A DNA stretch of 35,628 bases, from positions 1-35,628 of the forward strand of contig CDMY01000658.1 in the NCBI GenBank assembly GCA_001179505.1, written 5' to 3'. Shown here in pieces: positions 19,965 to 31,463 of this stretch (its first letter is position 1; each line of letters begins with the position of its first letter). The notes beneath the pieces were generated by a model. The model ran no database searches, had not been told where the DNA came from, and worked only from the letters and a program-made list of their open reading frames with translations. The position numbers and the translations under genes are program-made. Source of the DNA: Vitrella brassicaformis CCMP3155. Taxonomy: Eukaryota > Protista > Chromerida.

Positions 19965-22528
19965 CTAACCATAAAGCCAAACCACCACGCGTGCACATGT
20001 CACTGGTGGGGAAGGAAAATTCCTCCGTGGATTACATCCCATCACACAGGCATGCATGAGCGGGAATGTGCAGCGCCTCCGTTCATGCAACATCAGAGCA
20101 GAGGCGAGCAGACCATCGTACGCACCAAAATTGACAGCCAGCCAGACATAGGGAGGTGTCTCTCTGGCAGACAGAGAGCCCCCGCTCACCGAAGTATGTA
20201 CGTGCGATGACAATCGTCCCCCTTTCGCTCCCCAGACAGACATACACGTGTGTTCTGCAATCAGGCAACCAGCCAGCCAGCCAGCCAGCCGCAGCACACA
20301 CAGGACAGCACAGCAGCCACACACAGGGGGGCTCTCGCTGACAGAGAAGGCAAGTACAGATGTCAACCCATGTGGGCAGCTGGATTATGCGCACGTACGG
20401 ACACTGGCTCAGTATATACACGCGAGACGAGACAAAAGTCAAAAACTTGGCCTGTCTCTGGACATACATCGCCCGCTCACATGCACACTGGCTGCCCGCC
20501 TCCCCACCCGCCCATATGCATCACTCACGATGACCGAATTCACGATGACTGCCTTGCGATGATGTCTCTCACCTGTAGCGAATTCCTGCCGGTCATCCTG
20601 GCAGCAATGTTGTATTGGCATCGGCCACCGGGAGCAAAGAAAGCGTTGTCCACCCCCCGCAGCCACCAGTAGCCGTTGCGGAACTCGATCATGCCGGAGC
20701 CGCTTGATCCAGGATTCCCGTCAAATGCATGCCTCACGCTCAGCCGCGTCCGCCTAGAGCCGGCCCGGTTGCATCGGATGTTGAAGTCATCTGTCGGTAC
20801 GACCACACAGTCAATTGAGAAAAGCATGCATTCATGCACTTTGCCTGCCTGCCTGCCCCCACCTACCTCGATTCTCGCAATAGACTCGTTCGCGGTCTGA
20901 GTCGTCGGGGAGCGAAGGGTAGGAGAGCACCCATACGTTGATCCTGGAGGGGGGGAAGGGGAAAGGCGAGCAAAAGCTCCCAATCGGCACAAAGGCTTTC
21001 ATGACCACATTGAAGGTCACGACACCCCAATCGTACTGGCGCCTCTGCCGCCTGCCACTGCTCAGTCATTTGTCGGGCACCTTAATGCGGACGACGTCAA
21101 CGCAGCCGAAAGGACGCTCGGAGCCGCTCTGGCCGGGGCAGAACTTCGCTCTCTTCATCGTCAGCAGATAAGCGAGAGAGACGCACTCGTCCGCGCATAC
21201 ATACATACCAGACAAGTAGAGACCAGACAAGCAGCGATCCTTCGATGGATGGTCGGTGGTCCGTCTTCTGTCTTACTGACTGACTGACTGACTGGCTGAG
21301 TTACTTACAAAGCTTTCTACGAAGACGTTGCCGCCTCCCCGCTTGCGGTTGGTGAAGCAGTGGGCGGCGGTCATGCCTGTAATGGCGCTGCCCGCAACTA
21401 TGCCGCTGCAGCGCGTACCACCTTTGGGTGCATCAACATCCAGAAAGCCGAAAGTACACCAGGGATACTTCACCTGCGCCGCTCCGATGGTGCGGCCGTC
21501 GCGGCCCAGCACACACTTCTCTCGAGCCGGGGTGGTCATGTTGAAGGCGCTGCGAGAGAAGTCACTGTGGGGGGCGGGCCTGGGCCTTATCGGCCAGTCG
21601 GTCGGGAGCGACGCATTGCCCTCACGGATGCCTGGGAAGCAACGCAGGGAGCGAACAGAGGGAATGCCTCAAGCAATCAAGGTATATGGATGCGGGCGTG
21701 GCGTCCTGCCTGGCTGCCTGCCTGCTGACCCACCTTGGTCTTCGTCGTGCATTCCCTTGTCCATGAGCCTCTGGCGCACCTCCTCGTCGTTGCTGGCCAG
21801 CAGACGAGCGTAAGTGTACCCCCCCGGCACAATCGTCACGTCCCGATACTTGCGAGGCTCCGGCTCCTCGTCCTTCTCGTCATCCTCGTCAACCAGGTCT
21901 TTCGGGTTTGTCCCGCCGGTGACGCGCCCGACGAACACGTAGCCGTCAGAGCGGAAGCGATGGACGACCGCCGGCGTCAACTGCCGGTCTTTGGCCTTGG
22001 ACTTGCGGATGTCAGCGAGGCTGACGAAGGAGAAGTCCTCCGACAGCTTGAAGGCCCCATTGCCGATGTCTCCACAGCTGCCTCGGTGGCGGATGTGCTG
22101 CTGCTGACACAGCGCGAGGCAGGGGGAGGCGAAGGTGATGCCGTCGATGACGCCATCCGTGTGGCTCGTCGCGCACACGGGCGACTCGGTTGCGACGAAC
22201 CACTTGGGAGATCTCTTGGGGGCGGAGAGATCACCCAAGTGGCGGCTGGTGAAGGTCGAGCAGTCGCACAAGGAGGACACGTCAGGCTGCTTCGACTCGC
22301 TGGGCGGCGGCTGGCCCTCATCAGTGCCAGTGACGGCGGCGGAAGTGGCGACCGAGGGCTCGGGCAGCAAGGCTGGCACAATACATATGACATCCAGCAT
22401 GACAGGCAGCCAGCATATGTACATATGTAAGTGTGCAGCGCCTAGCTGTGGCGTGTTCTTGTGTCTGTGTGTCCACCTGAGAAGACGAGGAGCACCAACG
22501 CGAGACAAGACGACAATCTTCCCATCAT
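19965..22528 (-). pseudogene. Secreted Kazal-domain plus trypsin-like (V8/PRSS23-type, clan PA) serine protease with one in-frame TGA; 3' end uncertain
   Basis: Exons 22528-22477 (signal peptide MMGRLSSCLALVLLVFSA), 22372-21734 (Kazal: CDC..PVC..TFASPCLALC..GSC), 21667-21309 (VLGRDGR..KYPW..CSG..MTAAHC), about 21152-20867 (VPDK*...YDWGVV; acceptor weak), 20790-20573 (AFDGNPGSSGSGM), then from 20457 small exons to a possible stop at 19965. His, Asp and Ser triad motifs are present. TGA at 21066-21068. Confidence 0.8.
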
Positions 22529-22867
22529 AATGGCAGCGAAGGGGAGGCGGAGGAAGAGGAAGAGAGACGCCGCTTCCCTCCGCTGTTCTCCAACGGTGAG
22601 AGGGGCCCGGAAGCCGTCACGACCGCGAAGCCGTTGGCAACGGCTGACTTCGTTTCATCGAGGGGACTCCTCCGATCGACATCGACGAGCCTGAGCCAAA
22701 GCTATCTATCACGTAAGCGGAAGAGAGAAGAAAGGAAGAAAGGAAGAAAGCCAGCCACGAGGCGTGCGTAGAAAGTGGTCGATCTGTCCGTGGTTGGATC
22801 CATCCACATGTGTCACCCATTTGTCACCCACGCTTGTCTACCATCCACCCCCGTCGCCATCTGTGTG

Positions 22868-22913
22868 TAGGGTTTAGGGTTTAAACCCTAAGCCCTCTTA
22901 AACCCTAAGCCCT
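22868..22913. repeat. Head-to-head telomeric repeats with an 18-bp perfect palindrome TTAGGGTTTAAACCCTAA (22874-22891)
   Basis: Seen directly: TAGGGTTTAGGGTTTAAACCCTAAGCCCTCTTAAACCCTAAGCCCT. Confidence 0.9.
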
Positions 22914-22929
22914 CCCCCTTTCGACAGAG

Positions 22930-23750
22930 CATCAGCCCATGTGTGGTGTCGGTGCTTTGGGGTTGCCGGGCGGCGACACAGATGCCCACAGCGGGGGTTG
23001 TCGAATGCATGCAGAATGGACACACACACTGCTGCTTCCCCATCCCACACTGTGGACGTCTCCGTCTGTGTGTCATGACTGTACATGGCAGCGAATGTGT
23101 CCCTCTGTACTGTACACCCACACACATGGATGTGTGCCGTTCTGTGTCTCTCTCTGTGGTGTGGGTGGGTGGCCAATGCATTCGCAAATAAATGGACGCT
23201 GGATGTGTCTGTGCGGGAGAGAGTGAGGGAGAGAGAGGTCTCTTTGCTTCGGTTGCTGTGTGTGGGAAGGAGAGAGAAATCCGAGGGCTCTGTTTGCTTC
23301 CCTTTGGTGGGCACCGTGTGTCGGTGTGCTGACTGTTGTGGTCTCGTAGGCAATCTCACCCAGTGAGTGTTCATCCTCACTCTCTGTGTGCGGTGGCCGT
23401 CGAGCGGCTGACAGACAGACACTGTCCACACGCACGTCACATGGCCACAAAGGAAGTAAAGACAGCCGATTGCTGCTGGTGGGGCATATGAATTGGATGA
23501 ATTTCCTCCCTCTCTGTCTGTCTGGTTTGTCGTTTTCCTCCTGTCTTTCTCTCATTTGGGTGAAAAGAAGAGAGAGAGAAATACCGGATCGCGCGGCGGT
23601 TTAGTGGAAGAGACTCTGGGAGGGGCTTGTTTGCTTCGCTTTGGTGTGCATTGTGTGTTGGTGTGCTGACTGTCATGAGCTCGAAGGCCATCTATCTGAC
23701 ACAGTGAGTGTTGATCTTCGCTCTCTGTGTGCGGTGGCCGTCGAGGAGAT
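22930..23750 (-). repeat. Dispersed composite repeat, copy B, with an internally duplicated subunit (about 23280-23410 and 23620-23750)
   Basis: Reverse complement matches 2962-3275. The subunit CTCTCTGTGTGCGGTGGCCGTCGAG occurs twice. Confidence 0.8.
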
Positions 23751-24019
23751 CACAGACAGACTGACACACAAGCGGATGGATGCTCATTCAACACACGTGT
23801 TGACGAGGCGGAACAGACTTACTCTCATTCCCACAGATGCGTCATGTCATGTCAGTACGTGTGAGTGCGCACATTCACAACTCGGCAGACACACATTCAT
23901 CCGTCATTCCAGCACAGCACCCCTCTCTGTCTTCTCGTACCAGCCTCTGCATCACATGATGCAGTCAGGCCTCCAGCCCACACACCATATGCTATGATAC
24001 ACACACATACATTCATCGG

Positions 24020-27000
24020 TCAGGCCGCCACAGAGGCAGTGAGCCGCTGCCACACACCGTCACACACACGCCGCACCTCAACCACCTAATTGAATATCAC
24101 ACACAGACGGCCTCCGGATCTCTCCCTCTCTCTCTCTATCTGTCTCTCTGTGTGTGTGTGTGTGGTACCTGCTGATTGAGCTGTGTATGCAGCCTTCTGT
24201 CCTCCCCATAGCAGTACTCGCGCAGCACCTGACAGCCAACCAGAAAACCCCCAACAAAAATCGTCTCGGCGCGCCGCTCCCCACACGCACGTGTACCTGT
24301 TGTTTGTACGAATCATTGCCGTCAGGTGCCTTGGTGTCTGCTGCCGTCCTCACGGGCTGCTGGCGGGCCAGACGCACACCAAACTCCTGCACACACGGCA
24401 TCCATCCACCACACACTCGCACGTCCATCCATCCATCCATCCATGTGTGTGTGTGTGTGTACCTGTAGGGCCGTTTCTACTGTCAGCAGTCGATCAGTGA
24501 TGCTCGCCCACAGACTCCAGCACGCCGACTCGCTCACACCACCCACACCCACACCCACACCCACACCCGTACTCGCCTCTGCCCTCTCCTCCTTGTCAGC
24601 GACCTCATGGACCCTCACACCCACTCCCCCCCTCCCCAGCCGAGCCACCATTCTCTCCACAGCCGCCAGCCGCGGCATTAGGCACGTCAATTGCCGATGG
24701 ATGGCCGCATATTCCGACGACGCCGGCAGCATGGGAGATGACAGAGAGGGCGGCAGGGACGGCTGCGATGGCGAGTCAGCTGGGCCGATCTGCGTGCTCT
24801 GCGTCGCTTTCGGCTCACACACAGGGCGGGATGTGTCGGCATCGCTGTTGCCGTTGCCGTGGTCAGCTGCTGCTGATGCTGATGGTGGGCTGAGAGGGGC
24901 CACCACATCTCTCTCCGCCTTGACATCCTCTCCCTGTTGCTGCTGCTGGCAGGGCGAGTCGAATACCGACATGACGGACAGCACAGAGGGCGACTTGGCA
25001 GCAGAGGCTGTCTGCGGCTCGTTGTGTGAGGAGGGAACTGTCCGCCGGGCGAAGGGCGACGGCGACACACCGACAGAGGGCGACAGCGAGAGACTGCCCA
25101 CATGGGATGATCGAGGCCTCTCGGGCGTCAGGGATGCCGCCGAAGCTGACACGTCCGAATGGGAATAGATAGACAGACAGCTGTCGCTATCCCACAGCCC
25201 ACGGTCGGCCTTGGGCGGCTGGTCCATTGCCGATGCTGGTGATGGTGCAGTGGCCGCAGGCACCACTACCACTGTGACATCATGGCCATGGTCGTCAGTG
25301 CCGATGGTCCCCTCAGGATCTGGGATGCTGGAGGTTACGCCGGCCGCATTCATGGGGCTCTCCGATGCGCTCGATGGGGGGCCGTGAGGGTCCCCCTGCA
25401 ATGGCGGGCTGCGGGCTGACCTCAAACGCACCGTCAGCTGCGGCGAGTTGACGTTGACATGCGACGATGCCGCTGCCGATGCACACGCCGCAATATGGGC
25501 GACGGGCAAAGCGGCCGGCTCGTCGTCGATGGGAAGGTCAGCAGTGTCGGTGGGGCTCTCCCCTCCCTCTCCCTCTCCCTCCCCCTCTCCCTCTCCCGCT
25601 CCCACCCCTGTAGGCCATGTGTGCCAGAACCGGGCTTCAAGGTCGTCATAAGTGGGGTGCGACCGCTCGGGCGTCCTGGGGGTGGTGTTGCTGTCGATTG
25701 GCACCAGCCGAGATGGCCTCTCTCGTGCGTGCTGCTGTGACTGTGACGGCAGCATGGCGCTGCTCTTGTCCGACGCGGTGTTGGTGTTGGTGTTGGTGTC
25801 GGTGTAGCCATAGTGGTCCGACCTGGCCGTGTGCGGCTGGATCGTCATCACAGCACCACTGCTGTCGGTGTCACTCACACTCAGGTAGCCATACACAGAT
25901 GAGGGGGACGGACCGGCGTCCACACGTGCTGCTGCGGCTGCTGCTGATGCCGAGGGCGTGGGAGTGGGGTGGGGTGTGTGTCGGTCGTCGGCTGGCACGA
26001 GGGGAGAGGGTGAGAGGGAGGAATAAGGGTGGCTGGGGGATGGGGTGACTGGCTCGACCCTCTTCTCGACATCCTCCGCTTGTGAGCCACCAGGAGACAA
26101 ACTACCGCCATCTCCTCCCCTCTCTCTCACGGCCGGGCTCTGACTCTGAGATCGAGGCGGCTCTGGGGATGGCGAAGCAGCGCTTGCAGATGCAGGCTGG
26201 GTGCGATCAGCGTCACTTGCTGGGTGTGGGTGGTCCTGTGGACGAGGGGCAGGGGGCGACGGCGCAGCGGAGGGCTCCGGCGATGCGGCGAAGGCCGGCG
26301 GCTCCTGAAAAGAAGACAACAACAAGAATGAGTCAGTCGCCGTCCGTGCACCCATGGCTCTGTCTATCGTGCATCTCACCTGAGAGTCCTTATTCTGCTC
26401 CTGGTCTACCATCTGCCCCCCTCCCCCTCCCCCACTCTCCCTCCCCACCAGCCGAGCACTCGACAGCCCACCGAGGGCACTCCTGGTCGGTCTGGGAACC
26501 CGGCCGCCCTCGGCATTGTTGGGTGGGCTTTGACACACCAGCCTCGGGGTCACAGACACGGCCGGCAGCCCAGATGATGCTGATGGTGTGGGGATGCGAT
26601 GGATGTGTCGGACAGGGCTGTCGGTGCCCTGCAGTTGCTGGAACGACAGGTGGCTTCGAGCAGGGGAGGGGGACTCGTGTGCCTGTGTTGGTGCTCGTGC
26701 TGGCGTGTGACTGTTGGCAGCTTCAGGCTGGTGTGGAGGCGGGGCTGCCAACTCAGCCACGCCGCCAACAGAGAGCCGATAGACGTATGATTGTCCGCCC
26801 TCCCCCAATCCCTCCGTCCTCAGCTCGCCATCAAACTTGACGTCAAACCGATTACCCACAGGGCCGACTTGAATGCCACCAATAGCAGCAGCAGCAGCTG
26901 TTGGCCGCACCGGCGATGGATCCCTCTCACCGCCACCATTCCCACTTCCACCATCATCAGCGGCAAAGTCAGGCGTCCTTGGCCGAGGAAAGACATCATC

Positions 27001-27399
27001 AGGCACAGCGGGCGACAGCACAGGGTCCCTGCCGGTTTGCGCGTCGCCGTAGCCCTGCTTGGGCGAGGAGAACACGTCCGATAGACCGTCGCCAAAATGG
27101 CGCTGCTGCCGCTGCTGCCGATGCCGATGCCCCGGACCACTTAGAAGCGGGTCCTCGTCGCAACTCGACTCATCAGATGTGTCAGCATAAAGCCGATGCA
27201 GCCTTGGATGAGGCGTCCTCCCTCGCAGCAACGGCCGTGGCGGGCTGCGATTGGGCGGACTGGGTGGTGAGGGGAATGGCAGCGGGTGTGCGGGAGCCGG
27301 TGTGGAGCGTGCTGATGTGCGGGGAGGGGAGGGGGGCGGGGAAGGGTCGCGCCACGAGTTGAGCTGCCGACGAAAAGCGCTGCAAAGTGCCAAACACAT
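24020..27399 (-). CDS. Hypothetical 1050-aa low-complexity (Ser/Pro/Ala-rich) protein with C-terminal helical/coiled-coil region
   Basis: Exons 27399-24463 (979 codons), 24386-24297, 24228-24169, 24085-24020, all phase 0 GT-AG, ending ..QRLTASVAA*. A 5'-UTR intron at about 27478-27555 supports the ATG at 27399. No recognisable domain. Confidence 0.75.
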
Positions 27400-27718
27400 C
27401 TTTGGTCTGTGTTTGGTCTGTGTATGCATCATTCATGTGGGTACTTGGTTCCTTCCTTACCGAACGTCGGCAGCCAAGCTGACAGAAAGAGAGATGCATC
27501 ACAGCACAACACAATGAATTGAGTGCGGCCAGCTGTCATGTGCATCCATACTCACCTGCGTAGCTCTTCACTCTGGAGCGCCTGCCTTAGTGTGAACCTG
27601 CTCGCCTGACGACGGTCCATCAGACCCATTCACGCCATCAAATCAAATCGCCATGATCACCTCTCTACACCCCTTCACCTAGAGCGTTGCCGCCGTCTTC
27701 TCTTTCAAAGCTCGCAAA

Positions 27719-29053
27719 ATGGAAGGAAAGCTCGCATGTGAGGATGATTTCAGCAATGCAAATGGGCCTCTTATCCGCCTGTCGTCGTCTGTTAGTGCCC
27801 CGCCGATCCACCGCAGTTGCCTCCAGGATGCATCTTGTCCGTTTCTCGCCATTGCAACCGCCTTCATGGCATCCGCGAGTTCGCATGACGGCGGGTGTCG
27901 CTTCCTGGCATCCTCGTCGTCTGCCGGGATGCCGTCCGTCCACTCTTTATCCCCTCGCCGCGCCATTTCAGCCGCCTTCTTTGCCTCGACGGCTCTTCTC
28001 TGGACTCCCACCCGATGTTCTTCTGCAGCGATGGGAGAAAAAACGAAATCGACTTGTCGCCAACACAGGCGTGCAATGTGTGATGGATCTTCTGAGGCGA
28101 TGGTTGAGGTGCAGAGGACCTGGGAGGGCGCTCATGCTGACGTGGCTGTGCGGCCTTTGGGCGTGGATGAGGATTTGTGGCTGCCGGTCCAAGTCAAGTC
28201 GTGCAAAGAACAGAACAGCAATGGTTGCTGGCACTTCAATTGGGTGCACAAGTATCCCGGCATGCCGGTCGTCTGTGTGGCTCTTTCGGACTTTCGTATC
28301 TGGTGCTATGACGGATCCATGCTGAAGATGCGCATTCAGTGCTGTCATCTTTCCGTGTACGAGAACGGGCAGTGGAACCATTAGAGCTTCCGATGCTCAA
28401 CGGCACTTGAGGGCCCGGCATCTCTGGCTCACAAGCTGCTGTTGGCTTATGAGGACACCTTCTTTGCCAAAGACTCACTGGATAACATCATACTGCAGCG
28501 GTCGGAGACGAGCCAGAAGGGCGAGGCATCCATTGCCGCATGGGCTCCTCTGCTCTCTGCTGCTGGTGTTGAGGTCCATCAGGAGCTCATCTACGAGATG
28601 ACGCCCGTCGATGCTATCTGGTGGTGGAATGGGAAGCGATTCCTCATTCAGCACAAGACAGCCATCCTTCATCACGTCAACAACGGCTCACATCTTGTTA
28701 TCCTCCAGAAGAGCGCCGGCAACAAGGCCACTCAGCTGTACGATGAAGCAGACTTCGACCTGCTGGCTGCCTCTCTGCCTGAAAATCACCATTTCTATCT
28801 CTTTCCCATGGCGGTGCTGGTGCAGCGGCGGCTGGTGAATGGACACAGAGAGAGACGTCAGTGCACCGGGTCAGCAGTTATGTTATGGACCCGAGAGGCA
28901 GAGGCGATGCAGAGACTCAAAGAGGCCAAGCGATGCAGAGGGGGCGGGAGAGCAGACTTCTGGGCGAATGAATATCTGATCGACACACATGCAGCAGATG
29001 GCGGGGTGGGGAGGCTGCATGCAATCCTTGAGAGTGCAGGCTACTCAACATGA
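27719..29053 (+). pseudogene. Intronless tandem PD-(D/E)xK-like nuclease gene split by one in-frame TAG (28382-28384)
   Basis: ORFs 27719-28384 and 28442-29053 are in the same frame with no stop between them other than the TAG. Two motif sets: GAHADVAVRP..WLPVQVKS and TPVDAIW..FLIQHKT..YDEADFDLL (D...QxK variant). The true start may be 27929. The nuclease call comes from motif pattern only. Confidence 0.65.
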
Positions 29054-29229
29054 GACCATGCATACATTCATTTGTGTACAGCGTCGCTTTAGCTGCTTTG
29101 GGTGTGCGTGTGTGTATATGTCTGTGTCTGTGCATGCTTGTGGACTGAGACCATCATGTGCAATTAACGTCGATTTCCCGTCGAGTGTACCCCCCATTAC
29201 AAACGTACCCATACAATATTATCGGTAAG

Positions 29230-31208
29230 TCAGAGGAAGTCAGCATGCGACAGTACATGCACCTTCTTACCCCCCTCGTCTCCCCTGTCCCCTCCGCCCA
29301 TCTCTTTCTCATCTTCCCCACCATCATCATTATGCACATGCAAGGCCGTGTCGGCCACAGCATCGCCAGCTGACTGCGATGGTGGGAGCGGCGGCGTGCT
29401 GGTATCATGTGGCCTTTGGCTGTCTGTGTGCGTCCGCTCAGGCGATTTGGTTGCCATCTGTACAGCGGTGGGGGAGGGAGAGGGAGAGGGAGGGGAAGGC
29501 GGCCTGCACTCAAACACAGCATAGCACAGCATGCGTCCATGTGTCTCAATCAATCCCCTTGTCTGTGTGTGTGACCCCATGCCCAGCTCACCAGAGAGCC
29601 TGAGACATCATCATCTGCTTCCTGCCGTCACCATCACCATCTCCTCCCTCCTGCTGCTGCATGAGCGGCCTTGCCTGAGGTGGGGGCGACGGCACTCTCC
29701 TCTTGTCAACAGCCTCTCGGTCGTCTGGCGGCTTGGCCCCGGGCGCTTTGTGTCGAGCACGGAACCGATGTGGTGAGCTGAGGTGGCGATGTGGGGGAGG
29801 GAGAGGGGGATTGGGGTCTTGGGGTGGAGCTGGCTTGGATGAGTCGATTTGTGGCCACCGAGGGAACCACCCACGGCTGGACCTGCACAGATTGACAGTA
29901 GAGTGGGAACCAGGAAATGCATGGATGGATGGATTGATGGATTGATGGACGGATGGTCCCTTTCGTACTTGTTCCTCCCACCACCCAATGGTCGCTCTCG
30001 AGCAGCAGCAGCAGCAGCACTGGCATCAGCAGGAGGCATCCCCACACTTCCCCCACCACTGCCCACCCCCACCCCAGCCCCCACTCTCTCCACAATCCGC
30101 TGCCGCAGCTGCTCGACCACATCCACCGGACCACAGCTGCGCGAAGTCGGCTGAAACCGGCTGGAATACACCGGCTGCCTCGACGTGGCAGGTGGCCGGC
30201 CCTTCGACGGATGGTGCTGTGATTCGTGCTCTCGCTCTCCACGCCTCCTATTTGGCCGAGGATGGGGATGGGGGGCCTCTGGGTGTTCTGTGTCTCCCCT
30301 CTGTGTGAGACATGGGGGCGATGGTGGGTTGTTCATGTTGTTGTCGCTGCTCTGTGTGTGGCTGAATGAGAGGCTGAGGGACTGCTGGTCGCTGCAGCTC
30401 GGATTTGGGTGAGGGGAGGGGGATTTGGGGGCGGGAGGGTCGGCTGGGGGGGTGAGGGAGATGTCGGGGGGTGGATATTCGCGAGAATTGGGGTTTAGGG
30501 TTTAGGGTTTCCTGCCTAAAGGCAGAAAGGAACGAAGGGGAACAACATGATGCAGTTCCCCTCATGTCGTGTCTGCGTCCTTCGCTCACCAAGTAAGTCG
30601 AGCAGGTGTCTCTGTAGGCGATAGTTGTCACTGCGGAGGCCCTCACACTCCTCCGGTAATCTGTATGTAACAGACAGATGGATCACATGCATCCATGTGC
30701 CTATCTGTGGATGTGTCTCTCTCTCTCGACGCCCCACCCCCACACGCACCCGTCCAAGTCCCGCTGCTGCCTGTCGATGACCTCCCTGTCCTCTGTGTGC
30801 TGACGGCGTAACAACCGACAAGTTTCTGACCGAGGATATTCATAAAACACACACGCACACACAACGTGGCTGATGCATTCGTGGGCATATTCTCTTCTTC
30901 TTTTCACCTTCCTTCTGAGCGCAGTATTCCCTGAGGGCCGTCAGCACCTTCTTCAGCTCACCGGGCGACCGGCAGAAGCCATTCACCTCATCCAAAGGCG
31001 CCAGCAGCGAATCGAAACACACCCGCCCCTCACCATCACCACCGTTGACCTCATCTAACTCATGCTCATGTTCTGCACCATGTGCACCCTCACCCTCACC
31101 ATGAACGCCATTTATCACGTTTGGCATGGAGGGAGATCCATCCGCAGCATCAGCATTGGCTGGGGCACCCGCATCGCGATGCGGCAGGGGAGAAGCGACT
31201 TCATCCAT
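29230..31208 (-). CDS. Hypothetical protein: N-terminal coiled-coil (ELKKVLTALREYC...LRSDNYRLQRHLLDLL) plus Pro/Ser-rich disordered tail
   Basis: Manual model with phase-consistent GT-AG introns: exon 1 at 31208-30908, exon 2 from 30825, exon 4 from 30443, ending ..HADFL* at 29230. Later boundaries are less certain. Confidence 0.6.
30491..30510. repeat. Interstitial (GGGTTTA) x about 3, probably intronic
   Basis: GGGTTTAGGGTTTAGGGTTT lies within the predicted intron of the minus-strand gene, which ends at acceptor CCCCCCAG (30444). Confidence 0.85.
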
Positions 31209-31463
31209 TGCAACTCAGATCCATTCATGCCGCTCCTGGCGCCTACAGGTGGGCAGGGAAGCGAAAGAAAAAGAAAGGGTGAAAAAGGGAAGGGATCGCT
31301 GCGTCTGCGAGCTTAGCTTTGGAGGGAAAGCGGCAGGAAAAGCCTGCATGGCGTCCAACCGAACGACCGACCGAGCTGGCGGAAGTGAGCGAACGACAAG
31401 CGCATGGGATCAAGCTTCAACCACTTGTTCTTGTGTGTGTGTCGTGTGCGGAGCAGATCTGTG

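Noticed and set aside
20100-20200. ShK-like Cys motif (CLAGCQFC) at the protease C-terminus
   Set aside because: It appears in only one of several possible micro-exon phasings and the upstream cysteines are missing, so it is not supportable.
989-28384. Genome-wide stop-codon reassignment (TAR=Gln, TGA=Trp)
   Set aside because: The DMXL gene and the 979-codon exon contain many Gln and Trp residues but no in-frame stops, and TGA and TAG are used as normal terminators in this window.
30502-30504. Apparent fifth in-frame stop (TAA within the telomere motif) in the 29230-31208 gene
   Set aside because: It arises only if the acceptor at 30516 is used. A phase-compatible acceptor with a long pyrimidine tract (CCCCCCAG, 30444) makes the motif intronic and removes the stop.
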